Position numbers and translations under genes: made by a program. 64,000 nt of DNA from Macrostomum lignano. Lineage: Eukaryota. Positions 47,903-59,984 of this stretch are shown here, in pieces. A model generated the notes under the pieces. The model was not told the origin of the DNA. It worked only from the letters and a program-made list of their open reading frames with translations, and ran no database searches. Numbering within the stretch: the first letter of the stretch is position 1; every line of letters starts with the position of its first letter. The stretch is from positions 1,178,001 to 1,242,000 of the forward strand of contig NIVC01000023.1 in assembly GCA_002269645.1 (NCBI GenBank), given 5' to 3'.

Positions 47903-48314
47903 GAAACGGCCGGCACTTGCTTTCCCAGTTGACCAGCGAGGTGTCCATCAGTGGCGAGACCAGCCGCGCAGGGTACAGCAGCATGGGCTCTTTGGCCTGG
48001 CAGGAGGCGGGGCCCGCAGAGCAGTTCAGCCACATCCGGTACAGTCCGGTCAGGAAGTCCGGCCCGGTCGTCAGGCGGGCGTGCGCCAGCATCGGCATGC
48101 CGAGCATCCGGTCGATGGCCAGCTGAAAGAACGGATGGCCGGGCCTCGAGCCCATCACCGAGTTCATGGCGCAGTAGGAGTAGCCGTACAGAATGCGCGT
48201 CTGCTCGCGTCGCTCCTCGCCCAGGAAGGCCGAGGGCGCCGCAGTGGCCGAGGCGACCGCGAGGCTCTCCTGGACTGGAGGCTGCGTGAACAATCGACTG
48301 AACGGCTTGCGGCA
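47903..48314 (-). pseudogene. Inverted copy of GT32 exon 3 lacking the DXD codons
   Basis: Reverse complement of 38233-38670, starting at CRKPF. Confidence 0.92.
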
Positions 48315-48822
48315 AACTGCTCATGTGTAATTGTCTTCCACTTGTACGTACGGATTGATGACTAAAAACTCAGCTAGATCCTCCGTGTAACATCGCAACA
48401 CGTCGGTACATGCAAGGCCCGTTGCAAACTGCTCCATTTGAAGCACCCCAAAATTCAGGCTACACGTCCAAACTATAACTGCGAAGCGAGGCTTCTAAAG
48501 TAGAGTTTCAAATTTAGTGCCGAATTCTACGAGTACAGTGGAAATTATGTTCTTGATGAAGCGATGCATAAATGCTGTGGACAATGCTCGAAAACAGCAG
48601 AGCAGGGACTGTGCATTAGGAATGTACATTCATGAGACCCGCCCCTGAGACGAAGTATAAGTATAAAGCCCTGAAAAGCTCTGAAGCTGGTCGCTTGCAG
48701 TGGAGGGCGTGCGACAGTGGGAGGCACACGAGCTAAAAAGAAACTGCTTGAGAACTCGTAGACCTGCTCCTAGCAAGCAGACTGGCTCGAATTCGTTAAC
48801 AGAATCACTATAGCCACTTAAG

Positions 48823-51383
48823 ATGCATACAACAGCTTTAAGCTTTAATTTGCAAAAGCACAAGCTTCTCCTGACTTGTCTTGTCTGTTTGGTAAGCTTG
48901 TTTTCATACACGTTTGTCACTGGTTAGATTTCTGCATCAAGAGTTTCTATAGAAAAAATCACGACTAATTGCAGAAACTACTGCTGGTTGTGATAGTTGG
49001 ACTAAAATTTATGAATTCTCAAAACTGGACTAAGCAGATTGCGCAGCTAACCAAAGCTTCCGTCCCGTCGAAGATACTTCACGACGTGTTCAAGAGCACC
49101 GGGCATCAAGCTGATCCAGTGACTGCTAATCCAGTCACGCCGGTCAGTTCATTCAGCAACTACACAGGAATTTCTGGCATCCCGAAGATACTTCACTACG
49201 TGTTCAAGAGCGAACAGGTGTTTGACACCTACAAGCCGTTCATCAAGAGCTGCCTTGACCAGAACCCAGACTGGCAGGTGCTGTTTTGGAGCGACTCGCA
49301 CAGCGAGAAGCTGATCGCCGATCACTATGCCCGATTCATTCACAAGTACCGCAGCTACCGAGACAGGCTGGAGAAGTCCGACTCTGTTCGGTACATGATT
49401 CTGCACAAGTTCGGCGGTGAGAATTCAATTAGGGATGCGTTGTGGGGCAGAGCAGCTCAAACGTAAACACGTCTGACCATCGCGTTACAACCCAGTTGGT
49501 TCGATTCCGTGCGCAAGCCAACATTCACTTGGGGCTTGCGTGCTCGAAAATTAGCCGACGGAGTGTGCATGCCTGACAGATGAAAAAGTCACACCATGTG
49601 TGAGCGAATGTGTGAGTGCGCGCCTGTGTACAGTACTGGCGCGCTTGCCTGTGCTCAGGAGTCTGCGGAATGGACAGAATTGCCTCCAGCCAGCTGGTCG
49701 TAGGTTGTAGGACGCGTTGCACCAGGGTTCCCACACTTCTATGTGTTTATAATTATTAGGAATGAGTAATTAGCGAAACTTCTTTGAGCCTGGATAATTC
49801 TGTAAGGCGTCGGAAAGATCACCTCACGCTAACTGCACATTGTGGCTCAAATGCCGCAGGCGTCTACCTGGACATGGACGTCGAATGCCGCAAGCCGTTC
49901 AGCCGATTGTTCACGCAGCCTCCAGTCCAGGAGAGCCTCGCGGTCGCCTCGGCCACTGCGGCGCCCTCGGCCTTCCTGGGCGAGGAGCGACGCGAGCAGA
50001 CGCGCATTCTGTACGGCTACTCCTACTGCGCCATGAACTCGATGATGGGCTCGAGGCCCGGCCATCCGTTCTTTCAGCTGGCCATCGATCGGATGCTCGG
50101 CATGCCGATGCTGGCGCACGCCCGCCTGACGACCGGGCCGGACTTCTTGACCGGACTGTACCGGATGTGGCTGAACTGCTCTGCGGGCCCCGCCTCCTGC
50201 CAGGCCAAGGAGCCCGTGCTGCTGTACCCCGCGCGGCTGGTCTCGCCACTGATGGACACCTCGCTGGTCAACTGGGAGAGCAAGTGCCGCCCGTTTCGTG
50301 AGTATTGTGGTGCCGTTTCACATGCGCGAGCGAGCATGCCTCAAATGCATGCTGTATCTGTGTACCTTAGTCTATGGGTCTGAGTCAAAGTTGCGAATAT
50401 TGTAAATAAAGCACACGACGTATCAACCGATCGATTCTCAGTTTGGGCGTCTTTTTATCACTTTGCTTGGCTTTTGCAGTCTATGGCCCATAGACTAAGG
50501 AAAGATCAAGGCCTCTCATAGGCAGCGTACAGACGGTTCTCAATTTGGATGGCTTTATTCTCAGTTAGGCTGTCAAAAGCTACAGCTAATGTACTTTGAA
50601 TAAGATGTGCTTCGCCAATTTTCTAGATTGCCTACACCTAAAAAACAATAGACATAATCTTTCCATTGTCTATGACAAAACCATGAAAATAATGTGTTTA
50701 GCGTGGGACAATGTCGTTATGGACATTTACACGCAACAGCAATTTAAACAATAACGAAGGGTAATTTTTTTTTATGTCAGAAAAACATCAAAAACTGTTC
50801 AGCAAAAAAACGTATTTAATCAGCTAATACCAGGCCTACATAGAAACGTCACTCGAAAAGAATATCGATCAGATTGCGACTGCCGCCAATGGTCACTTTC
50901 ATCTTCTTTGACGGAGCAGCATATTCCTCCAACGTAGCCTCGCTTATTGTGGTTTGAGTTTTGACGAGCAATCTTAACAATCTCATTAGTTTCGGAAACT
51001 GTATGATTCAGCGCCTGATCCACAGCCAGAGATGCCCTATACAAACTGCGATCACGACGCCTCGATAAATAGCGCTGCAGTATTTTCATGTAGTTTTTGT
51101 CTTCACCTGTACAAAGCTTTCAATGTTTTAACTCGAGCCATAAACGCAACTCATTTCAGTCTCGAAGGCAAAGCCGGATGTCAAGCTGGAGGGTAGGAGA
51201 AAATGGGAGGCCATGGGCTGCTCTCAGTTGGTTGCCAACGGGTGGAACTACGATCAGACTGACGATACAACGGTTGCTGTGCACCGGTTCCTGCACCTCG
51301 GCTACGGGAATCAAGGATTAAACAAGAGGAAATTTAACCTTTTTACCGAATTCCCTAGGATTAAGACTCACTATTCCACTTAG
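48823..51383 (+). CDS. GT32 glycosyltransferase copy 2; exons 48823-48891, 48975-49416, 49860-50297, 51160-51383 (390 aa)
   Basis: Open, phase-consistent; different TM exon from copy 1 and a chimeric exon 2. Confidence 0.85.
49435..49740 (+). mobile_element. tRNA-derived SINE-like repeat in GT32 copy 2 intron 2
   Basis: GGTTCGATTCC B-box; body aligns with 13030-13400. Confidence 0.6.
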
Positions 51384-52319
51384 TGTAACTCAAAGGATTG
51401 AAATCGCCTTTATCAGATTGAATGCCAACAAGGCCATAAAGTAAAGCCAATTTCTATAAGCTTTATCTTTATGGTTATTTCGCCACTCTTTATGTTTGCA
51501 TACTCGATTATATTTGGTTTAGCTGACATTACTATGCTTACTATGTAGCTATGCTTGATAAGTAGTATAACTTTTGTCGTGCTAAGTGGAACAGTGGGCA
51601 TGCCAAACGGAACGGCCCATAGAGAGTTCTATGGCCTAACGATTGAATGAAATCGAGAAAGCGAGGCCATAGACAAGTCGATTTGGCATGCTTTATGGAA
51701 CGATTAAATAAAATTCAAGACTGGCTTTTCATTGTCTATGGCCCAAAATGGGGTCTGTGAAGTAACAATTGGAGTTTTCTTTACAGAGAGACTAAAATTC
51801 AGACATTAATGAAGCCTATTTCAAGTCACAATCACAAATAGAAAGCATCAAAATTGACAAAAGATCAACATTTAAGACTCAATGGCTCTCTGGGATTTCC
51901 ACGTTACGGTGGCGGTAGTTTGCTAGGTTCCCTGGAATCTTTGCTTCGTTTGTCTAACCGTAACGTCAGGACCCTTCCTAGGTTGACACCGTGCGCTTTT
52001 GTGGGTGTTCACGAGCCACGAGTCCTAACAACACTGACACATCAGCTTCATCGATAGTCCATGGTGCAAGACAGCGACGATGCACGATGTACGTCTGTAC
52101 GCTGTCGGTCACGTACAGAAATTTGAGGCGTCATTATAGCAGAGCTCGATCAACGGTACGAAAATGAAAGCGTCTTGTTGTTGTCTGTGGGAAAAATTCA
52201 AATCGTTGCTATAATCTGGTTAATCGTCCCATAGTAGGACAAATCGACTTGTTTATGGCTTGCTTTCTCGATTTAATTCAATCGCTTGGCCATAGAACTC
52301 TATGGCCAAGATTCAAGCC

Positions 52320-52460
52320 AAGCCACCACAAATTCTATATTGCCTAGATGAGCCACACCCGCCACACATTCTATATTGCCTAGATGAGCCACACCCGCCA
52401 CACATTCTATATTGCCTAGATGAGCCACACCCGCCACACATTCTATTTTGCCTGGATGGG
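52320..52460. repeat. 36-bp VNTR (GATGAGCCACACCCGCCACACATTCTATATTGCCTA), ~4 units
   Basis: Paralogous to 42855-42910 and 60920-61275. Confidence 0.9.
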
Positions 52461-53403
52461 TCACTCAGTGTTATGATTACAAACCCTGGTGTTATGATAT
52501 GACCATAGACTAAGGCTTCTGTTGCTCTCAAGCATTTGCGATTAAAAGAAAAGAGAAGAGTACATGTAATACTCTTTATCGAGCAATTAAAATATTACAT
52601 AATTGAATAAGCTGCTGTGGCTGCAGCAGCAGCTAGTGTTTTTATGGCCCTAACCTTTGGGTTTTCGGGGCCTCGGGGACGTCCGCTAAATACATTAGCG
52701 AATGCCGGAGTGACCCATCCAGGTAATATAGAATCTGTGACATGAACAGTGACAACGTTAACCATACATAGCGATATCATAGATCCGATGATATGGTTAA
52801 TGATATGATGTACATATTTGGAATATGCTTAATTTTTAGTAGTTTTAGAATGACTACAGCTGCATACATGATACCTCGATCGTGCCAATCCCATGCTTTT
52901 GTCTTATTAATTCCACGTCAGCTTTATTTACCTTGAGTTTTAGAGCAACCCTTTACCCTATATCTGTGCTGTGTAAAAAAGTATTGAAAATTTAATATAA
53001 AAAGTCCAAAGCATCGCTTACACGTTTAGTCTGTAAATGTGAGCTGCTATACAATCTAAGATCCACATTTTCTGTAATTTATATTTCATTTGAATTATCA
53101 ATAGTTATACGCTCATAAATCTTGTGATTCCTGGTATTTAGAGACATCTAGAAATAGTCAATTTAGAGAATCTGTAAAAATTGCAGTCTGCAGACTTTTG
53201 CAACATCTGCGGGGTCAGAGTGGATCAGAAGCGAAAATCGTAGGGTAGAGATGCTGGCATTTTATTTGATTTTTAACTTTTGATTGATGATTCATGCTGC
53301 TGGCATGCTGGATTTCAATCAATTTTCGATCTGGGATGCCGAATGGCTCTGCGATTCTGGCACTTAATAAATCAAGTTGCACCGTTGCTGGTGTACTCGC
53401 TTG

Positions 53404-54875
53404 CAGGGGCGTCGCCATGGATTTTATGGTGGGGGACAAAGCCAAGAATTCAACATGTACATGACTGAAATGACTAAATTCCTACATGTCCTTTGTTTTG
53501 AGAATCGGTGTTTTCAGCGCTCATTTTAGCGCCGCAGGCACTCATTTTGGCGCTGCAGACACTCATTTTAGCTTCGCAGGAACTATTTTTAGCCCCACAG
53601 ACACTCATTTTAGCGCCACAGGCACTCATTTTGGCGCCGCGGCACTCATTTTAGCGCCACACACACTCATTTTAGCGCGGCAAGCACTCATTTTAGCGAC
53701 GCAGGCACTCATTTTAGCGCCGCAGTCACTCATTTTAGCGCCGCAGGCACTCATTTTAGCGCCGCAAGCGCTCATTTTAGCGCCGCAAGCACTCATTTTA
53801 GCGCCACAGGCACTCATTTTGGCGCTGCAGACACTCATTTTAGCTTCGCAGGAACTATTTTTAGCCCCACAGACACTCATTTTAGCGCCACAGGCACTCA
53901 TTTTGGCGCCGCGGCACTCATTTTAGCGCCACACACACTCATTTTAGCGCGGCAAGCACTCATTTTAGCGACGCAGGCACTCATTTTAGCGCCGCAGTCA
54001 CTCATTTTAGCGCCGCAGGCACTCATTTTAGCGCCGCAAGCACTCATTTCAGCGCCGCAGGCACTCATTTTAGCGCATCAAGCATTCATTTTAGCGCCGC
54101 AGGCACTCATTTTGGCGCCGCGGCACTCATTTTAGCGCCACACACACTCATTTTAGCGCGGCAAGCACTCATTTTAGCGCCGCAAGCACTCATTTCAGCG
54201 CCGCAGGCACTCATTTTAGCGCATCAAGCATTCATTTTAGCGCCGCAGGCACTCATTTTAGCGCCGCAGTCACTCATTTCAGCGCCACAGGCACTCATTT
54301 TAGCGCCGCAGGAACTATTTTTAGCCCCATAGGCACTCATTTTAGCGCCACAGGCACTCATTTTAGCGCCGCAAGCACTCATTTTAGCGCCGCAGGCACT
54401 CATTTTAGCGCATAAAGCACTTATTTTAGCGCCGCAAGCGCTCATTTTAGCGCCGCAAGCACTCATTTTAGCGCCACAGGCACTCATTTTAGCACCGCAG
54501 GCACTCATTTCAGCGCCGCAGGCACTCATTTTAGCGCCGCAGGCATTCATTTTAGCGCCGCAGGCACTCATTTTAGCGCCGCAGGCACTCATTTTAGCAC
54601 CACAGGCACTCATTTTAGCACCACGGGCACTCATTTCAGCGCCGCAGGCACTCATTTTAGCGCCGCAGGCACTCATTTTAGCGCCGCAGGCACTCATTTT
54701 AGCACCACAGGCACTCATTTTAGCACCGCAGGCTATATTTTGGCACCCGGAAGAAAAGTTCTTTTTTCCACAACGGGTCGCAAGATGGGGTGGGGGACAA
54801 AGCATCGACATGCCCCCCATAGCTTTTACTGGGGGGGGGGCATGTCCCCCCCCCCCCCCAGTGGCGACGCGCCTG
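53404..54875 (+). mobile_element. Intact hAT-type MITE carrying ~58 copies of a 21-bp minisatellite
   Basis: TIR CAGGGGCGTCGCCA / TGGCGACGCGCCTG; perfect 8-bp TSD CTCGCTTG (53396-53403, 54876-54883). Confidence 0.93.
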
Positions 54876-55240
54876 CTCGCTTGTCAACAGTCGAATATTT
54901 CTCAGCCAACACAGAGCCTCGAGAATAGCGAGGCGGGCCACAATGAATCAATTGTGAATTTCAGAAATTCTGCAATGGAAATTTACAAAGATTGAATTTG
55001 CAGCTTGATATAAACAATAGCGCCAAGCGTTGTTGACTAACGTAACTCGCGGCTGCATGTCTTCGATTGTGGCTAGAATGAGTGTGTTTAAACAAATCAG
55101 TGCAGCATTTTATTGCAATAAAAAAGTGGTTAAACACTGAGCAAATTGATATCATTTCGTTCTCGGAAATATTTTTCTACAAGTCACAAAATATCGCTGC
55201 TGTAGTAACAAATTTCAAGATCAAGATCATCGGTGGCATA

Positions 55241-55242
<2 letters not shown>

Positions 55243-55294
<52 letters not shown>
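55243..55294. repeat. (ATT)n microsatellite at the unit 2/unit 3 junction
   Basis: About 17 units. Confidence 0.95.
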
Positions 55295-55296
<2 letters not shown>

Positions 55297-55434
55297 AAAT
55301 CACAGTAATTTGCCTGCAGTTATCAATTGGAAAAATCTGCCGGTGGAGTCACTGAATTGTGCAATAATGGCCGTTTTGACTCGCATTGTGTCTGGATAAA
55401 ATTCTTAACAATGGGACAGCTATAACTGACTCAC

Positions 55435-55760
55435 AGAACGGGCGGCACTTGCTCTCCCAGTTGACCAGCGAGGTGTCCATCAGTGGCGAGACCAGCCGCG
55501 CGGGGTACAGCAGCACGGGCTCCTTGGCCTGGCAGGAGGCGGGGCCCGCAGAGCAGTTCAGCCACATCCGGTACAGTCCGGTCAAGAAGTCCGGCCCGGT
55601 CGTCAGGCGGGCGTGCGCCAGCATCGGCATGCCGAGCATCCGATCGATGGCCAGCTGAAAGAACGGATGGCCGGGCCTCGAGCCCATCATCGAGTTCATG
55701 GCGCAGTAGGCTCTCCTGGACTGGAGGCTGCGTGAACAAGCGGCTGGACGGCTTGCGGCA
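55435..55760 (-). pseudogene. Inverted GT32 exon 3 fragment with internal deletion
   Basis: Reverse complement of exon 3; the PVQES-to-YCAMN segment is deleted. Confidence 0.9.
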
Positions 55761-56271
55761 ATTTGCTCATGTGTAATTGTGTAATACTTGTACGTATGGA
55801 TTGATGACTAAAAACTCAGCTAGATCCACCGTGTAACATCGCAACACGTCGGTACATGCAAGGCCCGTTGCAAACTGCTCCATTGTTGAAGCATCCCAAA
55901 ATTCAGGCTACACGTCCAAACTATAACTGCGAAGCGAGTCTTCTAAAGTAGAGTTTCAAATTTAGTGCCGAATTCTACGAGTAGAGTGGAAATTATGTTC
56001 TTGATGAAGCGATGCATAAATGCTGTGGACAATGCTCGAAAACAGCAGAGCAGGGACTGTGCATTAGGAATGTACATTCATGAGACCCGCCCCTGAGACG
56101 AAGTATAATTATAAAGCCCTGAAAAGCTCTGGAGCTGGACGCTTGCAGTGAAGGTTGTGCGACAGTGGGAGGCAAACGAGCTAAAAATAAACTGCTTGAG
56201 ATACTCGTAGACCTGCTCCTAGCAAGCAGACTGGCTCGAATTCGTTAACAGAATCACTATAGCCACTTAAG

Positions 56272-59200
56272 ATGCATACAACAGCTTTAAGATTTAATTT
56301 GCAAAAGCACAAGCTTCTCCTGACTTGTCTTGTCTGTTTGGTAAGCTTGTTTTCATACACGTTTTTCGCTGGTTAGATTTCTGCATCAAGAGTTTCTATA
56401 GAAAAAATCACGACTAATTGCAGAAACTACTGCTGGTTGTGATAGTTGGACTTAAATTTATGAATTCTAAAAACTGGACTAAGCAGATTGCGCAGCCAAC
56501 CAAAGCTTCCGTCATGTCGAAGATACTTCACGACGTGTTCAAGAGCACCGGGCATCAAGCTGATCCAGTGACTACTAACCCAGTCACGCCGGTCAGTTCA
56601 TTCATCAACTACACAGGAATTTCTGGCATCCCGAAGATACTTCACTACGTTTTCAAGAGCGAACAGGTGTTTGATACCTACAAGCCGTTCATCAAGAGCT
56701 GCCTTGACCAGAACCCGGACTGGCAGGCGCTGTTTTGGAGCGACTCGCACAGCGAGAAGCTGATCGCCGATCACTATGCCCGATTCATTCACAAGTACCG
56801 CAGCTACCGAGACAGGCTGGAAAAGTCCGACTCTGTTCGGTACATGATTCTGCACAAGTTCGGCGGTGAGCCGTTTGTGTCTCTATAAATTTGTCTTGTT
56901 TTGCCTTGCCTGGACACCTGGACACAAAAATTTGTCGGTGGCAGCGTAGGCTCACAACATTGAAATTTCACAGCATCGATAAAGCTAATTGGCGGTGCCC
57001 TTCATGACGTCGAAAAAATTCCATTCACCTTTCGTGTAAATTTCACATGATTGAAGCTGCATCCATTATTGTCCAAGTATTAACCCCTAATTAGATCAAA
57101 TAATCAAAATATTTACACAATCCTACACACGTAGTGACGTAATCTTTGTTTTGCTGTATCCTACATGTATAAATGCTCACTAGCAATGAGCTCGTCGAGA
57201 CTAAAGGACCCGGAAGCGAGATGTTGCAGACTCAGAAAAAAACAATGCTTTGTTGCTATGGCAAAGATACTGTTGAACTTTTGAGTCTGCAGTCTTCAAA
57301 CGGGTCATCATAGGCGGGTCGCTAAGATCAGCTCACTCTCTACCTGCGCAATCCGACATTGTCGCTCACATGCCGCAGGCGTCTACCTGGACATGGACGT
57401 CGAATGCCGCAAGCCGTTCAGCCGATTGTTCACGCAGCCTCCAGTCCAGGAGAGCCTCGCGGTCGCCTCGGCCACTGCGGCGCCCTCGGCCTTCCTGGGC
57501 GAGGAGCGACGCGAGCAGACGCGCATTCTGTACGGCTACTCCTACTGCGCCATGAACTCGATGATGGGCTCGAGGCCCGGCCATCCGTTCTTTCAGCTGG
57601 CCATCGATCGGATGCTCGGCATGCCGATGCTGGCGCACGCCCGCCTGACGACCGGGCCGGACTTCCTGACCGGACTGTACCGGATGTGGCTGAACTGCTC
57701 TGCGGGCCCCGCCTCCTGCCAGGCCAAGGAGCCCGTGCTGCTGTACCCGCGCGGCTGGTCTCGCCACTGATGGACACCTCGCTGGTCAACTGGGAGAGCA
57801 AGTGCCGCCCGTTTCGTGAGTATTGTGGTGCCGTTTCACATGCGCGAGCGAGCATGCCTCAAATGCATGCTGTATCTGTGTACCTTAGTCTATGGGTCTG
57901 AGTCAAAGTTGCGAATATTGTAAATAAAGCACACGACGTATCAACCGATCGATTCTCAGTTTGGGCGTCTTTTTATCACTTTTTACCACAATCGTTTATT
58001 GTGGTTGGATTTTGGACGAACTAGCTAAACAATCTTATTGACATTAGTTTCGGAAACTGTATGATTCAGCGCAGCGCCTGATCCACAGCCAGAGATGTCC
58101 TATACAAACTGCGATCACGACGCCTCGATAAATAGCGCTGCAGTTTAAGAAAAGTTGGCAACTGATTTGTCTAGATTCAAATGTGTTCACAGAGAAACAT
58201 TATGAATATGATGGGCAAAAGCACAGGTCAAACTACCTACCGTATGAAGCGGTTGGTGTACACCTTACTAAGGCCGCCTGCTTTCTCACTGACGTTCTTC
58301 ATAAACTCATGAAGATAGCGAAAGCCTCTAGCAATTTTCTCGGAAAATCTATAGCGGTTCGCTGCATCTTGACTGTCTAATGACTTGGGCACGAATGACG
58401 TGCAAATCAAGTCGAACTCGCCGGATGTTACTCCTGATGTCTCACCATTCGGTATAGCTCCGTAGTTAAATAGAGGAGGCAGAACTTCTGCCACTGTAGT
58501 TGGCTCTGCGTCAGCCATGGCGATTTCGTTTGCGTAAATGAAAGATGCAAGCAATCAAATCTGCTGTCTTTCTACTCAGCTCTCTTGGTTTCTGTCTCAT
58601 TCTTTATGGGCTCAAAAACTACAGTGCATATTAATGTCGTTGTGGGCCATAGACTAAAATTTATTTACACCCACACCCCCATTCTCACTCTTCCCCCTCC
58701 TCGACTCCTTCCGACGTCAACTAATGCCATAGACGAAAGCGCATGGGAAATGTTTCTACTGCACTATTATTGAGTGTTAATGTCATTACCACGCTCGCGC
58801 TATCGCGCTCGCTCGCACTCAAAAATAGTATTTTGACCTTTGCTTTTGCCCACCATATTCATAATGTTTCTCTGTGAACAAATTTGCATCTAGACTAATC
58901 AGTTGCCAACTTTTCTTAAACTGCATAGTAACTAGAGTGTGCGACCTGGATGCCTGTGGCCAGACTATCCAGGAGACCTTGCTCATCACTAGGCAAAAGT
59001 GTGAGCGAACTGTTTAGCGCTATTTATCGAGGCGTCGTGATCGCAGTTTGTATAGGGCATCTCTGGCTGTGGATCAGGCGCTGAATCATACAGTTTCCGA
59101 AACTAATGAGATTGTTAAGATTGCTCGTCAAAACTCAAACCACAATAAGCGAGGCTACGATGGAGGAATGTGCGGATGTTTATCAAGAGCCTGTCCAGAC

Positions 59201-59984
59201 CGACGGCGCACTACGTGTGCAGGCTGCTCCGTCAAAGAAGATGGAAGTGGCCATTGGCGGCAGTCGCCATCTGATCGATATTCTTTTTGAGTGATGTGTA
59301 GGCCTATGTAGGCCTGGTATTAACTGATTAACATACGATTTCTTTCTTGAAAAGTTTTTGATGTTTTTCTAACACCAATAAAATAAATTTACCCTTTGTT
59401 TTTGTTTAAACTGCCGTGTTTAAACATCCCACGCGCGTGTTATTGTCACCAAAAGTGCAAAGCAATGATCTTCAAATTGCTAAACAATGCAGCCGAAACG
59501 CGTCCAAAAAAAATCAACGTTGATAGCGTCATTCATCTTTCTACTGCTTTTGAAGAGAGCTTCTCTTCCTCAGGTTTATGTTGTTTTGTGCATAAATTGC
59601 CTCAGTCTCAAGTGTAACAGATTCTAGGGACTCTAAAGAGTGCTAGCGCAGTTGGGATCAAGACTCGTTCTATCTCGAGCGTATTTTCATGTAGTTTTTG
59701 TCTTCACCTGTACGAAGCTTTCAATGTTTTAATTCGAGCAATAAACGCAACTCATTTCAGTCTCGAAGGGAAAGCCGGATGCCAAGCTGGAGGGTAGGAG
59801 AAAATGGGAGGCCATGGGCTGCTCTCAGTTGGTTGCCAACGGGTGGAACTACGATCAGACTGACGATACAACGGTTGCTGTGCACCGGTTCCTGCACCTC
59901 GGCTACGGGAATCAAGGATTAAATAATAGGAAATTTAACCTTTTTACCGAATTCCCTAGGATTAAGACTCACTATTCCACTTAG
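56272..59984 (+). pseudogene. GT32 copy 3; exons 56272-56340, 56424-56865, 57379-57815, 59761-59984, with a 1-bp deletion in exon 3
   Basis: Exon 3 is 437 nt versus 438 (TACCCGCG versus TACCCCGCG); may be a sequencing error. Confidence 0.75.
57990..59294. pseudogene. Two divergently oriented remnants of a putative tyrosine-recombinase element (minus: 58517 to 57990; plus: ~58830-59294)
   Basis: 58140-58235 and 57990-58140 are reverse complements of 58830-58924 and 59018-59160. The plus copy reads HSN(fs)RVCDLDACGQTIQETLLITRQKCERTV*RYLSRR and, in another frame, ...PSKKMEVAIGGSRHLIDILFE*. Confidence 0.5.
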
